DNA of 62,879 nucleotides, counting the filler, from Basidiobolus meristosporus CBS 931.73 (lineage: Eukaryota; Fungi; Basidiobolomycota), in the NCBI GenBank assembly GCA_002104905.1. It is 3 parts of 3 records of this genome, joined end to end, with 100 filler letters (N's around TTAATTAATTAA, not from the genome) between each part and the next. Parts side by side here need not be neighbours in the genome. Positions count along the whole stretch, not along the records: positions 1 to 28,380 come from MCFE01000884.1; positions 28,481 to 56,734 come from MCFE01000887.1; 1 more part is not named here. One strand, written 5' to 3'. The notes beneath the pieces are model-generated. The model was not told the origin of the DNA and made no database searches. It worked only from the letters and a program-made list of their open reading frames with translations. A program made the position numbers and the translations under genes. Positions 25,085-37,789 of this stretch are shown in pieces. How positions within the stretch are numbered: the stretch's first letter is position 1; the number at the start of each line of letters is the position of its first letter.

Positions 25085-28000
25085 ATGTCTAGCTTTTCAA
25101 ATGCAAACGGTGTCTCTGGGCGCCGTTCGGCCGACCCTAATAACGGGCGTCGCTCTGTTGACGCTCAGAGACGTAGAGAAAGGATGGCCAAAGATCCCAG
25201 GCATCAAGATGCCGAGAAGGAGAGTAATATCCAGGTTGTCATCCGTTGTCGGTAGGTATTCCCTTAGGTCCACTTTGCGGCTGGACACATAACTCACCCC
25301 TATCGCACACAGTGGCCGCAACGAGAAGGAACTGAGAGAAAACTCCCCGTCAATCGTGCAGAGTAACAGTCTGCTTGGAACTGAGATTCACTTGTCCGCC
25401 GGCCCGTATGAAAAGACGGCTAAAAAATACACATTCGACAAAGTATTCGGCCCCGAGGCCACGCAGGAACATGTTTACGAGAACGTGGTGAAGTCTTTCC
25501 TTGAAGAGGTAGGCCACTTTCTCCATGCTCTACACTGACTGCTACATACTAAAGAATCCTTCATCGCATTGATTTTTGTCCATCAGGTGATCATGGGGTT
25601 AGTTGCTTGGCTTGATTTGTGGATTTTCACCAAACATGTTGGTAACCTCATCTTCTCTACTCTTAGCTATAATTGTACTATATTCGCTTACGGCCAAACC
25701 GGTACCGGTAAGACATACACCATGGAGGGAAACCTCGAGGAGACCGACAACACATTCTCGAAAGATGCCGGTATCATACCGCGTACTCTGCACCGGCTGT
25801 TCGAAAGATTAGAGTCGGAGACTGCCGAGTACTCGGTGAGACTCTCCTTCATCGAGCTTTACAACGAAGAGTTGAAGGATTTGCTGACGGCTGACGAGGA
25901 CTCCAAGCGACTGAAGATTTTCGAAGACATCACCAGAAGGGGGGCGATCGTTATTCACGGCTTGGAGGAATTCCTAGTAAACAATGCTATGGATGGGATC
26001 AAGCTCCTACAAAGAGGTTCCTTGAAACGAAAGATGGCCGCCACTAAATGCAACGACAAATCAAGTCGTTCCCACAGTGTTTTCTCCCTCACCGTTCATA
26101 TCAAGGAGTCCACGCCAACCGGTGAAGAGCTCCTCAAAGTAGGTAAATTGAACCTTGTCGACTTGGCCGGTTCCGAGAATATCGGTCGCTCCGGGGCCGA
26201 AAATAAGCGTGCCAGAGAGGCCGGCATGATCAATCAAAGTTTACTTACTCTGGGAAGAGTGATCAACTCGCTCGTTGAAAAATCCCCTCACATCCCGTAC
26301 AGAGAGAGCAAACTTACCCGTCTACTCCAAGACTCCCTAGGTGGCAAAACGAAAACCTGTATCATCGCCACCGTCTCGCCAGCCAGACTCAACTACGAGG
26401 AAACTCAAAGCACTTTGGATTATGCCAGCAATGCCAAGAGCATCCGCAATAAGCCTGAAGTCAATCAAAAGCTCACCAAGACTGCACTTATCAAGGAGTA
26501 TGTGGATGAGATCGAGAGGCTCAAATCGGATCTGATGGCTTCCCGCGAGAAGAACGGGGTCTTTCTTACTTCCGACAACTACCAATCGCTCGTGGACGAA
26601 AACCAAAGCAACAAGGAGCTCGTAGAAGAGCTGAAAAAGAGCATGGATTCGATTCAGGAGCAGCTAACTCAGGTCACCGAGGAGTTTAAGCAAAAGATGG
26701 ATCTGCTCAACAGCACTTCCGAACGTCTCGCATCGACGGAAAAGGAGTTGGAGGCCACATCCGAGTCACTTCAAGTCACTTCCCAGAACCTGGAGGTTAC
26801 CAAGCAAACCCTGGAGGAGCAAATAGTTCTCACTGAGGCTCACATGGAGACCGAAGAAATGCTGAACTCGCTAGCCAACGGCCTTGTGGCTACCCTGAAG
26901 AAGAGCGCCGAAGATTGTCAGAATCTGCATGCAAAGATTGACCGCAAAAGCGCCATCGAGATGGAGAACAGACGTCTTTTCAAAGAATTCCAGAGAGCTC
27001 TGACCTCACAATGCGAGGACCTGGAGGCCGAAATCCAGGAGTTCCAACATGCCCAAACCATGTTTGTGGAATCTTGTATTAGCCATTTGAACGAATTTAT
27101 GGGCAACAAGCTGGAGGAGCTTGTGCAGCATCAGTCATTTGTCGACGAGGCTAACCAGGCCATCTCCCAGCAAGCCGTAGAGGCTGAGGCCCTTGGCGAA
27201 AGCTTCAAAGAGGGGGTTGCAGCGCGCCACCAGGACACCTCCGATGCACACACCGCTCTAAAGGCGTCCGTTCACAACCAAACGGCTGCGTTCCAAAAGA
27301 CTGGCAGTGGACTGTTTGAAACCTTCCGACAGGAGTTGACCAAGTACCACAGCGGATTTATGGCTTGGCAGCAAAAGATGGAAAAGAGCCATCAAAAGTC
27401 GACCAGCAACACCCAAACGCAGATGGAGAAGCAGAGCTCGCAGATCGCCACGCTCAACCAAATCGTTCAGACCGAAGCTGAGCAAGAAATCCAGAGACTC
27501 CGCAAGCAGAACGAGGAATTATCCAAAGCCCTCGTATTGGAGCGGGAAAGAAACGACAAATCCAAGCAAGAGCTGCTCTCCAATGTGGCGAGCATGATCA
27601 AACAGTATAGCTCCAAGCGTCACGAAACGCTCAAGTCCTCTCTTGGACAGGTAGAGGCTTCGTTGACGAAGAATAGCTCAGTTCTTGACGCTTTCAAGAC
27701 TCGAATCGCCACCAAGGCCACCAAGGCTTCTGCGGAGATATCCAGCTTTGCCGCGAACCTGGATTCTTCGGCTCAGCAGATAGCCACCACGATTGACACC
27801 GAGTCCAAGCGAATGGAGTCCCATCACACCAGCAGCAGTGGGTTGATCGACGAGGCCAGCAGCCGATTGATTTCATGTGTGGAGAACGCGCGGGATTCCA
27901 CCGCGCGAAGCCTGAATTCGATGGAGGACACCAACCAACGGATGATGAATGACTCCAACGAGTACCAGCAAAACCACCTGAAGGCCGCGTTGGATCTTCG

Positions 28001-28324
28001 CTCGGACTTTGTACAGAAGCTCAACGCGAGCAAGTCCGCCGACAACGAGCTGGAACGCACTCTCACCGAGAACAAGGCTGAGATGCAACGCGATTTCTCG
28101 GGGATCATCAGCGCCCTCGGGGATCTACGGGACTCCACCCAAGAGCACATCACTCACACGAAGAGCACGCTCGAACGCTTCGTCGTCAAATGCGATAAAT
28201 CCACCGGCTTGACTCCAAGCGACGCAAGTACGAACACACGGACACTTGGTCGCTCACTCGTCCTCATCAGAACATCCTGGAAGAGCTGAGACAGACCGCA
28301 CGTGTCTCCTCCTCAGCACAGTAG
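25085..28324 (+). CDS. bimC: Kinesin-5 (BimC/Cut7/Kip1/Eg5 family); exons 25085-25251, 25313-25508, 25587-25597, 25667-end, with an apparent 1-nt frameshift at ~28217
   Basis: NIQVVIRCR, YTFDKVFG, YNCTIFAYGQTGTGKTYTMEG, SSRSHSVF, KLNLVDLAGSENIGRSGA, HIPYRESKLTRLLQDSLGG; coiled-coil stalk; BimC box STGLTP-KRRKY restored by one extra A. Confidence 0.95.
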
Positions 28325-28380
28325 TGTCTCTACCCTTCCCTTCCCTTCCCTTCCTCCTGCAACCCTTACTTCAAGTCACA

Positions 28381-28480
28381 NNNNNNNNNNNNNNNNNNNN
28401 NNNNNNNNNNNNNNNNNNNNNNNNTTAATTAATTAANNNNNNNNNNNNNNNNNNNNNNNNNNNNNNNNNNNNNNNNNNNN
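28381..28480. other. Assembly gap with synthetic linker TTAATTAATTAA (28425-28436)
   Basis: 44 N + 12-mer with stop codons in all six frames + 44 N; identical structure at 56735-56834. Confidence 0.97.
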
Positions 28481-28999
28481 GGATGGTGGGATGAAACCTT
28501 GTGGGGCAATAGTTCTTGTAATAGCAGAGAAGCTTCACAAGGGATCTCCTTGAGTAGATTGGGGTTGATGGTCCACAGTACTTGGAATAGATATCCTCTA
28601 GTGTGTCAAAAGGAAATTCAGTGGTAGTGATGGGATTGATGAGAAAAGACCATTCAGATGAGTAATTCATATCAAAATTGGTGGATGATTGTATGGAGGT
28701 GGTTTGAATTGATTTGGCATGATCTGCATTATTTATCAGATTTTTAATGCACTATGATTAAATCACCATCAATTACCCTGTATCCCATCATTATGTTGTA
28801 AAAATCATCCACAAACAATGCCTTGGTACTTTTGTTGATGCTTTACTCATAGGACTATAATCAAATAGGAAATCTGCAATTGATGTGATCTGATCCATGT
28901 CAACATGATCCAAGATGCATCATGCATAATATATGGAAAATTCAACAATCACATTAGCTTTCATATATATCTCATATAAGACCAGGTTGATGCCAGTAT

Positions 29000-30230
29000 A
29001 CTGCAAGTTTAGCTTGTATTGCACTCACTAAGACTTTAACTTGTTTTTACTGAGGATCCAGCAGCGGCTTATATAAATTTTGCCAGATCAGTTGCTGACT
29101 AATTTTACTGTTCAATGTAGGTTGTGGCTGATAACTCATTCAACTTCATTGTCATTACCCAAGTAGCACTTACTTAATATACCTATTTCTGTGCAATAAG
29201 AATCTAATGTAAATATCTGCTGACTAATACTACAGATTTAGTGGATAATACAGTTATGCTTGTGGACTATACCTTAAATTAATTCATTTGACTAAAAGTT
29301 GATGTAACTTATACACTGAGGCAGCAGACCATAATATTATTCTCTATCAAAGATGAGAATATTCTCTGGAATTTCCTTTATTGCTACATCAGTAGCTTCA
29401 TGGTTCAACATCATTTGTAAGTCTTGCAAGCTTCAGCCTATTCATATGAGCTAAATCAATTTTATATTCCCTTGTTTGTCTATTAGTTGGTTTGTTGCAA
29501 ATGGCTGTTCTCAGATGATCATGAATGGTCCTCTTAGTTGTAGCACAAACCTCTTCCAAGTGTGATATCTTAACAATACAAAGTTCCCAACTGTTGGAGC
29601 CTCTGGTGATACAGGCTTCTCAAATCTCTGCTGCATCTATTCTGTACTTTTAAAGATTTTGGCTAGTGCCTCCTGAGGTTCTTGTTCCAATTGTGGGTGT
29701 CTACTAGGCTGACTGAGTTCATCCCCAAAGCTTTCAGTGAGTTTTGATTGATAATGTCTCCTAGAATCCTTGGCTTACATTCATACACTAAGTAAAATCA
29801 CAATTCTTGGGTAATGTTATGCACTTTTAATCTGCAGGTGAGCATTGTTTGATCAATAGACCTGTCCCATCTACTTACAGCTCCATATGTTTACTTGCTC
29901 AACAATTGTCCAAATAACCTGTTAAACCAGTCAGTGACTCCATTGGTTCCAGTGTGATATGCCAATGTTTCAGCTGATTGATGTGCTATATCTCCAGGCA
30001 GTCTTTAAATGTTTTTGCCACAGAGTTGCTCCTCTGTCAGACAAGATAACCACTGCACATGTAAGCTTCATCAAGATCTCAAGGAATATAAAACTTACAA
30101 CTTCTTGTTCACTGGCTACTGTTACAGCTATAGGTGTCATAGCCACTTGACATCCTTGACCTTTCATGATTTGGTCAACCTTAGGGCTAGGACATATCCT
30201 CATGTGATGCTCAAGTCTATTCCCTAGTAT
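29000..30230 (-). mobile_element. 3' relic of an L1-family Gypsy element (integrase fragment plus partial LTR ~29000-29336)
   Basis: VASEQEVVSFIFLEILMKL..LSDRGA (29970-30203) matches the integrase region at ~43640; LTR is the reverse complement of family L1. Confidence 0.78.
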
Positions 30231-33200
30231 TTATCTATCTTGGCACACTCACTGTGCCTTGCCCTAGGACCCCATCAGTATTAGCCAATATCTCTTGGCA
30301 TCCATATTGCCAAAAAGTATATATAGTTCTATCCCCCTTATGTACTCCTCAGTCTGGTGAACCCAGGTCTCAAATAAAGAGTCTTGCCTTGAAAATCCTC
30401 CTTGCCTTGTTAATCCACACCTAAGTCCTTTCCTGGTCCTGCCTTGCCAAGCTCTACTCTCTTGCCCTGGTCTGTTTGTAACAGTTTTATCAGGCTGATC
30501 TTGACTTACTGGTGTATCTCTGCTTTCGACCCAATGTTCTTGAGAAGAACTTGTAAAGGAACACCTAGCAGAGGTATCACCCAGAATGATTCTGTAGTCT
30601 TGTCATCTAAAGGCAGAGATACTTTGTCTTTGCAAATTTATTGGCCAAAGCTGCAACCACTTCATTACCCTGCCGGTGTAGTTCACAGTTGTTACAGTAG
30701 TGGAAGCTTTAGTCCAATACTTATCAAAGGACATTAAAACCAGTGCCTTCTGAAGTGACACCAACTTACTCAAGGTTGGGCATTGTGGCTCAATAATTGC
30801 ATTCTTGACATACTTGTGGCTTTGTAACCCACATAGCAGCTAGTAGTATCCAGTGTTACTAAACAAGCTTAAGAAGCCTCTCCACCTCCTGCTACCCCAC
30901 ATATCCAGTCCAGAGTACAACTTTGCTAGCCTTATGGATGCCTTTGCACAGCTGCAACAAGACAATGCTGATCTAGAAGCTCTGTTTCTCAGCTTTAGAG
31001 CCAAAATACTCAAGAGCCTATCCAGATTCCCTCTTACCATAACCAGTAGGATCACTTCCACTACCAAGTTCAGTGGTTCCCAATATGATGTCCAAGATTT
31101 CAATGACATAGTCAAGTACCATTTGTTGCTACAGCCCAATGAGTTACCAACATATCAAGCTAAATTTGGCAATATCTCTAACTGGCTCACTGGAACAGCC
31201 TGGCAATGGTTCTTCACTTTGGTGGAAGCTAACTCCTCTCCACTGAGTGATTATCAACATTGGGCAACATTGACCAAGCTGGAACTGCTGCCAACAGATC
31301 AATAATGGGAAGCAAGGAAACAGACCTGCACCCATGTAAGCTTCTGAATTCTGGCAATTAGCCAGTGCTTTGAGCCTTTTGGTGATGCTGCCATGATCAG
31401 TCAATTTCCAGATGGACTCAATGAGGAAGTCGGTGACCTACTACTCACACTCCCTGACCCAACTTCCTTGGGTGAAGCTATATATAAAGTAAATGAATGT
31501 TACAACTGCCTATTCCAGAAGAAGCAGAAGTTCCAGTTTACTCATTAGCCAACTTCCTTCCCAATAATCCAATCACCCAGCACCAAGCCTGATGAACCTA
31601 TGCAAGTTAGTTGTCCTATATACAAGAAACTTACAAAAGAGGTAAGATCTAGATGTCAACAAGCTAATGTCTGCCTTGACTGTGGCCAACCTGGTCACCT
31701 TGCCAAGTCTTGTCCTTATAGGAAGTCCAGCTTCAAACTCCTACAATCATCCAGTGAACAGCCTTCTCCCAAATTGTAGGAGAACTCCAGTCTCCAGCTA
31801 TAATGACAGGCTTGTTGCTTGACCCTCATATAAAAATTAAAGACATTCAAGAAGTATTGTTTGCTACCAAGCCCATCCAGTCCTTAAGAGTGACTGTTAG
31901 CATCAATATCTCTGAATCCAGTCTTGTCTATGTCCTTATCCTGAAAGTTTCTGGTGCTTCCTCTTGTTATATTGGCAGTCCCTTGTCCAGAAGCACAAAA
32001 TCTGCATTATTCTGATATTCTCACCTGACCTGACCTGTCAAAGTAGAAGTGATTGATGGAAGATCCCTGGCCTATGGTGCTGTTACCCATGAGACATGTC
32101 TACTCCAACTGTCAAGTACTGGTCTCTATGAGATACTAGCCTTCAGCATCATCAACTTGCCCACCACCCAATAGTTGTTAGAAGCTCATCACTTAGTTAC
32201 CATAACCCAGCTATCAACTGGAAGACCAAAACACCGGCATTCCTCAGAATCCATCATGTCAACTCCATGAAAGCACCTGAACTCTCATGTTAAAAAGTAT
32301 CTTTTCCCAGGCTACTGCAGACCCAGGAGCCCATCATCACTGAAGGAACCACCTTCAATGGAATACCTGCCATGTATCAAGAGCTTTCCCATGTCTTTTA
32401 CACAGAGAAAGCAGAAATACTCCTATGGCATAGACTCTACAATTGTCCCATTGTCCATGAAGACAGAGATACCCCACCTTTTACCCTATCTACCTCTTAG
32501 AGCCTGAGTTGAGCAAGCTCCATAGCTGTATCAATGAAAGCTTTCAGAAAGGCTTTTTTCAGCACTATTAGTCTCCAGCTAGTGCCCAACACTCTTTGTC
32601 GAAAAAAGGATGGTACCCTTAGGATGTGTGTTGACTACTGTGCACTGAATAATATCTCAATCAAGAGCTGCTACCCTTTGCCCCTGATCAAAACCCTGGT
32701 GGATCATTCTCTGCTGCCAAAGTATTTAGCAAAATTGATTTCAGAGGAGCCTTTAACCTTGCCAGGATCAAGCCTGGCAATGAATGGAAAACTGCCTTCA
32801 GAACAAGATATGATCACTTTAAGTATAAAGTTATGCCATTTGGTCTCACCAATACGCAAGCTGTCCTTCAGCACCTAGTGAATGACATATTCTGTGAGCA
32901 CCATGTCCAGTTTGCGGTTATCTACCTTGATGATATCATGATCCACTCCAAGACTCAAGAAGAGAATAATTCTCATGTGAAGAAAGTCTTTACCTAGCTT
33001 GACACTGCTGACCTCTATGCCAAACTGCAAAAAAGTGAGTCTAACTAGAAAGAAATTGAGTTCCTATGCTATTGAATAAGCTCAAATGGTACTGGAATAG
33101 ACCTCAAGAAAGTAGTAGCCATCTGTTCCTGGAAAACTCCTTGTTATGTACAAGAAGTGCAATCCTTCCTTGGATTTGCCAAGTTTTACCATAGACTCAT

Positions 33201-34745
33201 TGCCAACTACTCTAAGATAGTAACTCCTGTGACAAAGCTCACCCAGAAAAATCTGCACATTGCCTGGAATAGAGAACAGTTGAAGTCATTTGATTCTATC
33301 AAGAAATCCTTCTTGTGTGTTTCACTGCTTGCCTGTCCTGACCTTGAGGACCTCTCATCATAGAAACTGATTCCTTGGACTTTGCTCTTAGCGCCATCCT
33401 TTCCCAATATGATGGCAAGAATATTCTACACCCCATTGCATTCTACTCTCAGAAGTTTACCCCCGCTGAAGTAAACTATAATATCTTGCCATCATTGTTA
33501 CTTTGAACAACAGAGACACTACCTTGATCCCAATGAAAAATCTCAAACTTGTAATTAATCCGCTTTTCAGCAGGTATTATAGTGATATCTTGATGGTATT
33601 CAGCTAGTGTTTTTAGCCCAAATTTCAAATGCAACTTTTAATGGAAGTAATGGGCAGTTAATTACCAAATTTGGTATGGATGCCAGTGGGCCTAGTCTCC
33701 TCTTGGAGAATCTTTTTGCTTATCTACCCTTCAGCTAACAACACAAATATTGAGAGTTGTCAGTTCTGAGAAACTTGGATATTCTGATGGTATTTACTGG
33801 CCTTTTCTTTATTTTTTTCTCATGTGATTGTTCTGCCAAAACCATGAATGCAATCAAGAGAGACTTCTGGTAGCCCAAGATGATATCCCTTCTCAGTGAG
33901 TACCCCCAAGCCTGTGATACATGTGTAGTGCAAAATCTGCCAGACACCAGTCATATGGACTTAATCAACCCTTGCCAGCAATGGGAGCCAGTTTTAATGG
34001 ACTTTCAACCTCCCAGAATCCAGCCAATTCCATTCAGCCCTGGTATTGGCAGATACACTCACAAGAATGGCCTGCTTCATTCCCTACTCCAAGAACATAG
34101 ATGTCAAGGTGACTACCCACTTGGTAATCTAGAGCACTTTTCAGCTATGTTGTATCCCAAATGACATTGTATCTGGTAGAAGACTCCAGCTCATAGCAAA
34201 ATTCTGGAAACATATTGTGCATTATGTTTGCATTCTAGTCAAGCTCTCAACTGCTTTCCATTCTCAGTCATGTGGTCAGACTGAAAGAATCACTCAGATC
34301 TCTGAGCAACACCTCTGGTTTTATATCAACTATCATCTAGTTAATTGAACCCAGCTGCTACTACTTACAGAATTTGCTCATAACTACTTAGGTCATAGTG
34401 CTGCTGATCTCATCCCGTTCAGTGCAAATGATGTTTTTTGTTGGATATTTGATATTGAGATTTTGACAAGCTCTATGAGCCCTCCAGCAGCTGAAAATGC
34501 ATCAACAATACTAGGAATCCAAAAAATATTCAAGAAAGAACCATACTTAGCCCATCAGGGGCAAAAGAAGCTTGCAAAACAAGCAACAGCCTAGCCCCAA
34601 CCTTAATGAAGGAGATTCACTATGGCTCTTGAGAAGAAACATTGCTACCAGCCAACCTTGTAACAAATTACACAATCAGAAACTAAGCCCATTCAAGATC
34701 CAGAAGAAACTGAGCTCAATGTTATACCTACTACAAAAAACATTA
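30230..34745 (+). mobile_element. Degenerate Ty3/Gypsy retrotransposon (gag with CCHC knuckle, PR, RT, RH, IN)
   Basis: gag TTKFSGS..NWLTGTAWQWF (30853-31305); C..CGQPGHLAKSCP (~31670-31715); [24 protein letters not shown] (32534-32878) and VQSFLGFAKFY (33157-33363); probable LTR end GTTTGTAACA at ~30483. Truncated in the 3' SH3-like region. Confidence 0.85.
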
Positions 34746-35330
34746 GAAGTTTAGTATCTATGTGCTTAGTACTAGTACAAAAAGATGATATCTTCCCAAC
34801 TGTATACATCCCTGATTATCTTGAAACAAAGTAATAGGTGCATTTTGACATATGCCCAAGTCTTCAAATGCTTTGTTAGCCACATTGCCACTTTTGTAGC
34901 TTCACAGGCTACCATGTACTCTGCCCTTTTAGTATAAAGTGTCATGGTTGGTAGCTTTCTGAGTTCCATGATATTACTGCTGTAGTGTGAAGAAAGGTAC
35001 ATCCTTTGGTGGATTTTCTGTCATCTACATTTTGTCCTCAAATTGCTTATGAGTATCCCACTAGTTCCTGTTTGGAATGCTTGTGTGAGTATCTCAGGCA
35101 GACTTCAGTATCTCCTTTTTGGTATATGAAAGTTTGCTTTACTGACACAATATAGTTGGATCCATAATTTTGAATGAGCTGGCTGACAGATGGAACTGAA
35201 TATAAGGTAACTGGACATGCTCTAAGCATGAAATTCACTAATTGCCAATTATGGATTAAGAAAGATATCCAGAGACATATATATGATGTTATCACTAGCA
35301 GTATCAACAACTATGTTGTCAGCTCATTCC
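34745..35330 (-). mobile_element. Copia RT/RNase H relic
   Basis: RAEYMVACEATKVAMWL (34772-35002); aligns to 13086-13600 and 55850-56300. Confidence 0.8.
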
Positions 35331-35799
35331 AAAATATCAATGAGATAGTTGGGTGCAGTGTCTAGCAGGGTATATCAAATGGCACAGAGGAATCAGGAAA
35401 TAGTTCAGAGAAAGGAAGAGCAAATAATACATGTGGAGCATGTTAAAATACTTAGAAGTCCACCTAATTACTAATATTTTATAAGCTAGCACCTAGTTAA
35501 CTGATGCATCTTCAAGTATTAACCTTGAAATTAGTCTGTAAGTTGTTTACCAATTATTAGAAATAATGAAGTACAAAATTTTAGGAAAGTCTGATACTTG
35601 TGAAAATGAGCTGAAACTTAGCACATGAACTCTGATACTCACTTAATGATGACCAAATACTTACATTTATGTGGTTCTGCAATAAGTAAACTCACTGTGT
35701 TACAATTCAATAAATCCACAAGTGAATATCATGTAAATCTTTTAATTCTCCATTTCATGTCCAATATATCTATCCAATTTTCAACAGAGCAATAGATAT

Positions 35800-37300
35800 T
35801 CTACATAGGCAACAAAGTATATAGTGTGCAGAGAAGAAGCTCAGGTAGCCCAAAGTCAAAACCAGAAATTGAGGCATTCCCTGAGGTATCAGCAGAGAAA
35901 CACTCTACAGTCTTTGAGGCTCAACAACACTGCTCAATAATAAAGCCCACAAAAAGCATAGTACAGCATGGGAGAGAGAGACTATTATCTGTATACTCAA
36001 GTCCCAAAAATCAAAGGACACTTGAGATCTGTGAAGCTGTTGAGTGCAATAACTAATAGTGGGCTAATACTCCAGTGGCTGTAAGAAGTCTAGCACAGCA
36101 TTGCCTTAAGGACTGCATACCATAGGACCATCAGGAACTCAAGGCCCAGCAAAATGCACTTGGTCAGTTCCATCACCATTATCCTGCACTCAAACATGCA
36201 TAGATTTTGGGCCAGCATTTGTATGCTAAGAAAGTAAAACAAGAATAGTAAAAATTACCAAAGGCAGATTAGTACAAATGCCACAGCCAAATACCAGCAG
36301 ATTCCTTAAGAACTTGTTGCAAGCAGGGTTGAGAGCTCCACACAAGCAGCAACAAAATGACTGGAATCCAGCAGATTGCCAGTAAGGGTTAAGCAGGAAG
36401 AAACAGATGCATCAGTGCAGCAACTATCAAGTAGAAATATAGCACAATGCAAGAAGCACTCAGTTAGAATAGCAGTAAAACAGTTGACAGTGACAAAGGT
36501 GCTGGTAAAGAAAAAAATCAGACCAAGACAGTGGCAGGATTGTGTGGGAAAAAAGTGTCAATTCTTGCCAGTGAGCTATATTAGTCCAGTGTAGGCAGTA
36601 TTGCAAGATAGCCAAAAATAATAACCACCAATACAACATCTGCTTTCACAGGGGCTGGAAGCACAGCCAGTTGAGTTGCACTTTAGCAACTAAGACAAGC
36701 TTGTAGATAAAGGCAATTTGTCTATCACTGCCTTGATATCCCTATGTGCAGAGATCTTGCTAACTGATACAGCAACATTGTCCAGAACTAACAACACTGT
36801 TATAATTCTACAATGGAGTACTAGAACATCAATAGGCACACTAAGAGGTTGCAGCATTTTTTAAGGAGCAGTGACCTAGATAATGCAATTGAGGATTACA
36901 AGGATTTATTGCAAGGACTGGCAGATGAAGAATTGGACCTTACCAGACATATAGGCAAATGTGAATGAACAGTGACATAAAGTTCATGGAAAAATCTCAT
37001 TAGAGCAGTAATACTTATTAAATGTTGCAATCAATAGAGTTACTTGCTGAGTGTGGGGTGCCACATGATCATAGTGTTGGGTATTGCAACTTGAATAGGT
37101 CAGTGCAAATGGCAATTAAGGTATAACTAAAGCTCAAATGGAAATTAACCAACTTGTATGCATGAAATATGATTGCACTAGTTGTGCCAGGAAGTGAAGT
37201 ATGTGAAAAAGTAATAATAGCTAATCAATGTACACTAATGCAGGAAGTGATTGTGTGTTTGGTACAAGAAATTGAGACAATTAGCAGAGGATCACTCAGC
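35800..37300 (+). mobile_element. Inverted degenerate copy of the DNA-transposon accessory ORF
   Basis: SPKNQRTLEICEAVECN..RFWASICMLRK; ~36900-37300 is the reverse complement of ~2100-2600. Confidence 0.72.
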
Positions 37301-37789
37301 TGCACTATTGCATTCTAGTTATGAAAAACTTTGTCAAGTTTTTGCAACATCTGAAATGCAATTGTTTGACCAGTCTGTGTATAATGTGCTGCTGGGATCA
37401 ATACTTCTTAGTAAGTGGATTATAATTTTGTGATGGCCATTGGAGAGAATAACTGTCATTATCTTTTATAGAGTAGATACTTCTTATGCTTATTTGCTAA
37501 TAGTTGCTTTAACAAAATATGCATAAATAGTGCCAGTAGAACTTGATTTAATCCATCAGCCTTGCAGTAGATGCTTTAGTCAGCAGTGCCTTTTTTGAAA
37601 CCCAAATTTTCCAAATAAAACTCCATCTAGCATCTCCAGGCTCTTGATGAATGTATGAAACTATATAGATATCTTTGAAGCTTGCAAATCAGATGGGGCT
37701 ATAGTGGTCATGAAATTCATCAGGCTAGTCCATGCAAATGTCCTCATTAGGTTCTCTGCGGAAAAAAAAGCTTATACATCCATATAATC

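Noticed and set aside
28425-28436. TTAATTAATTAA palindrome (also 56779-56790)
   Set aside because: Centred in identical N runs with stops in all six frames: a scaffolding linker, not biology.
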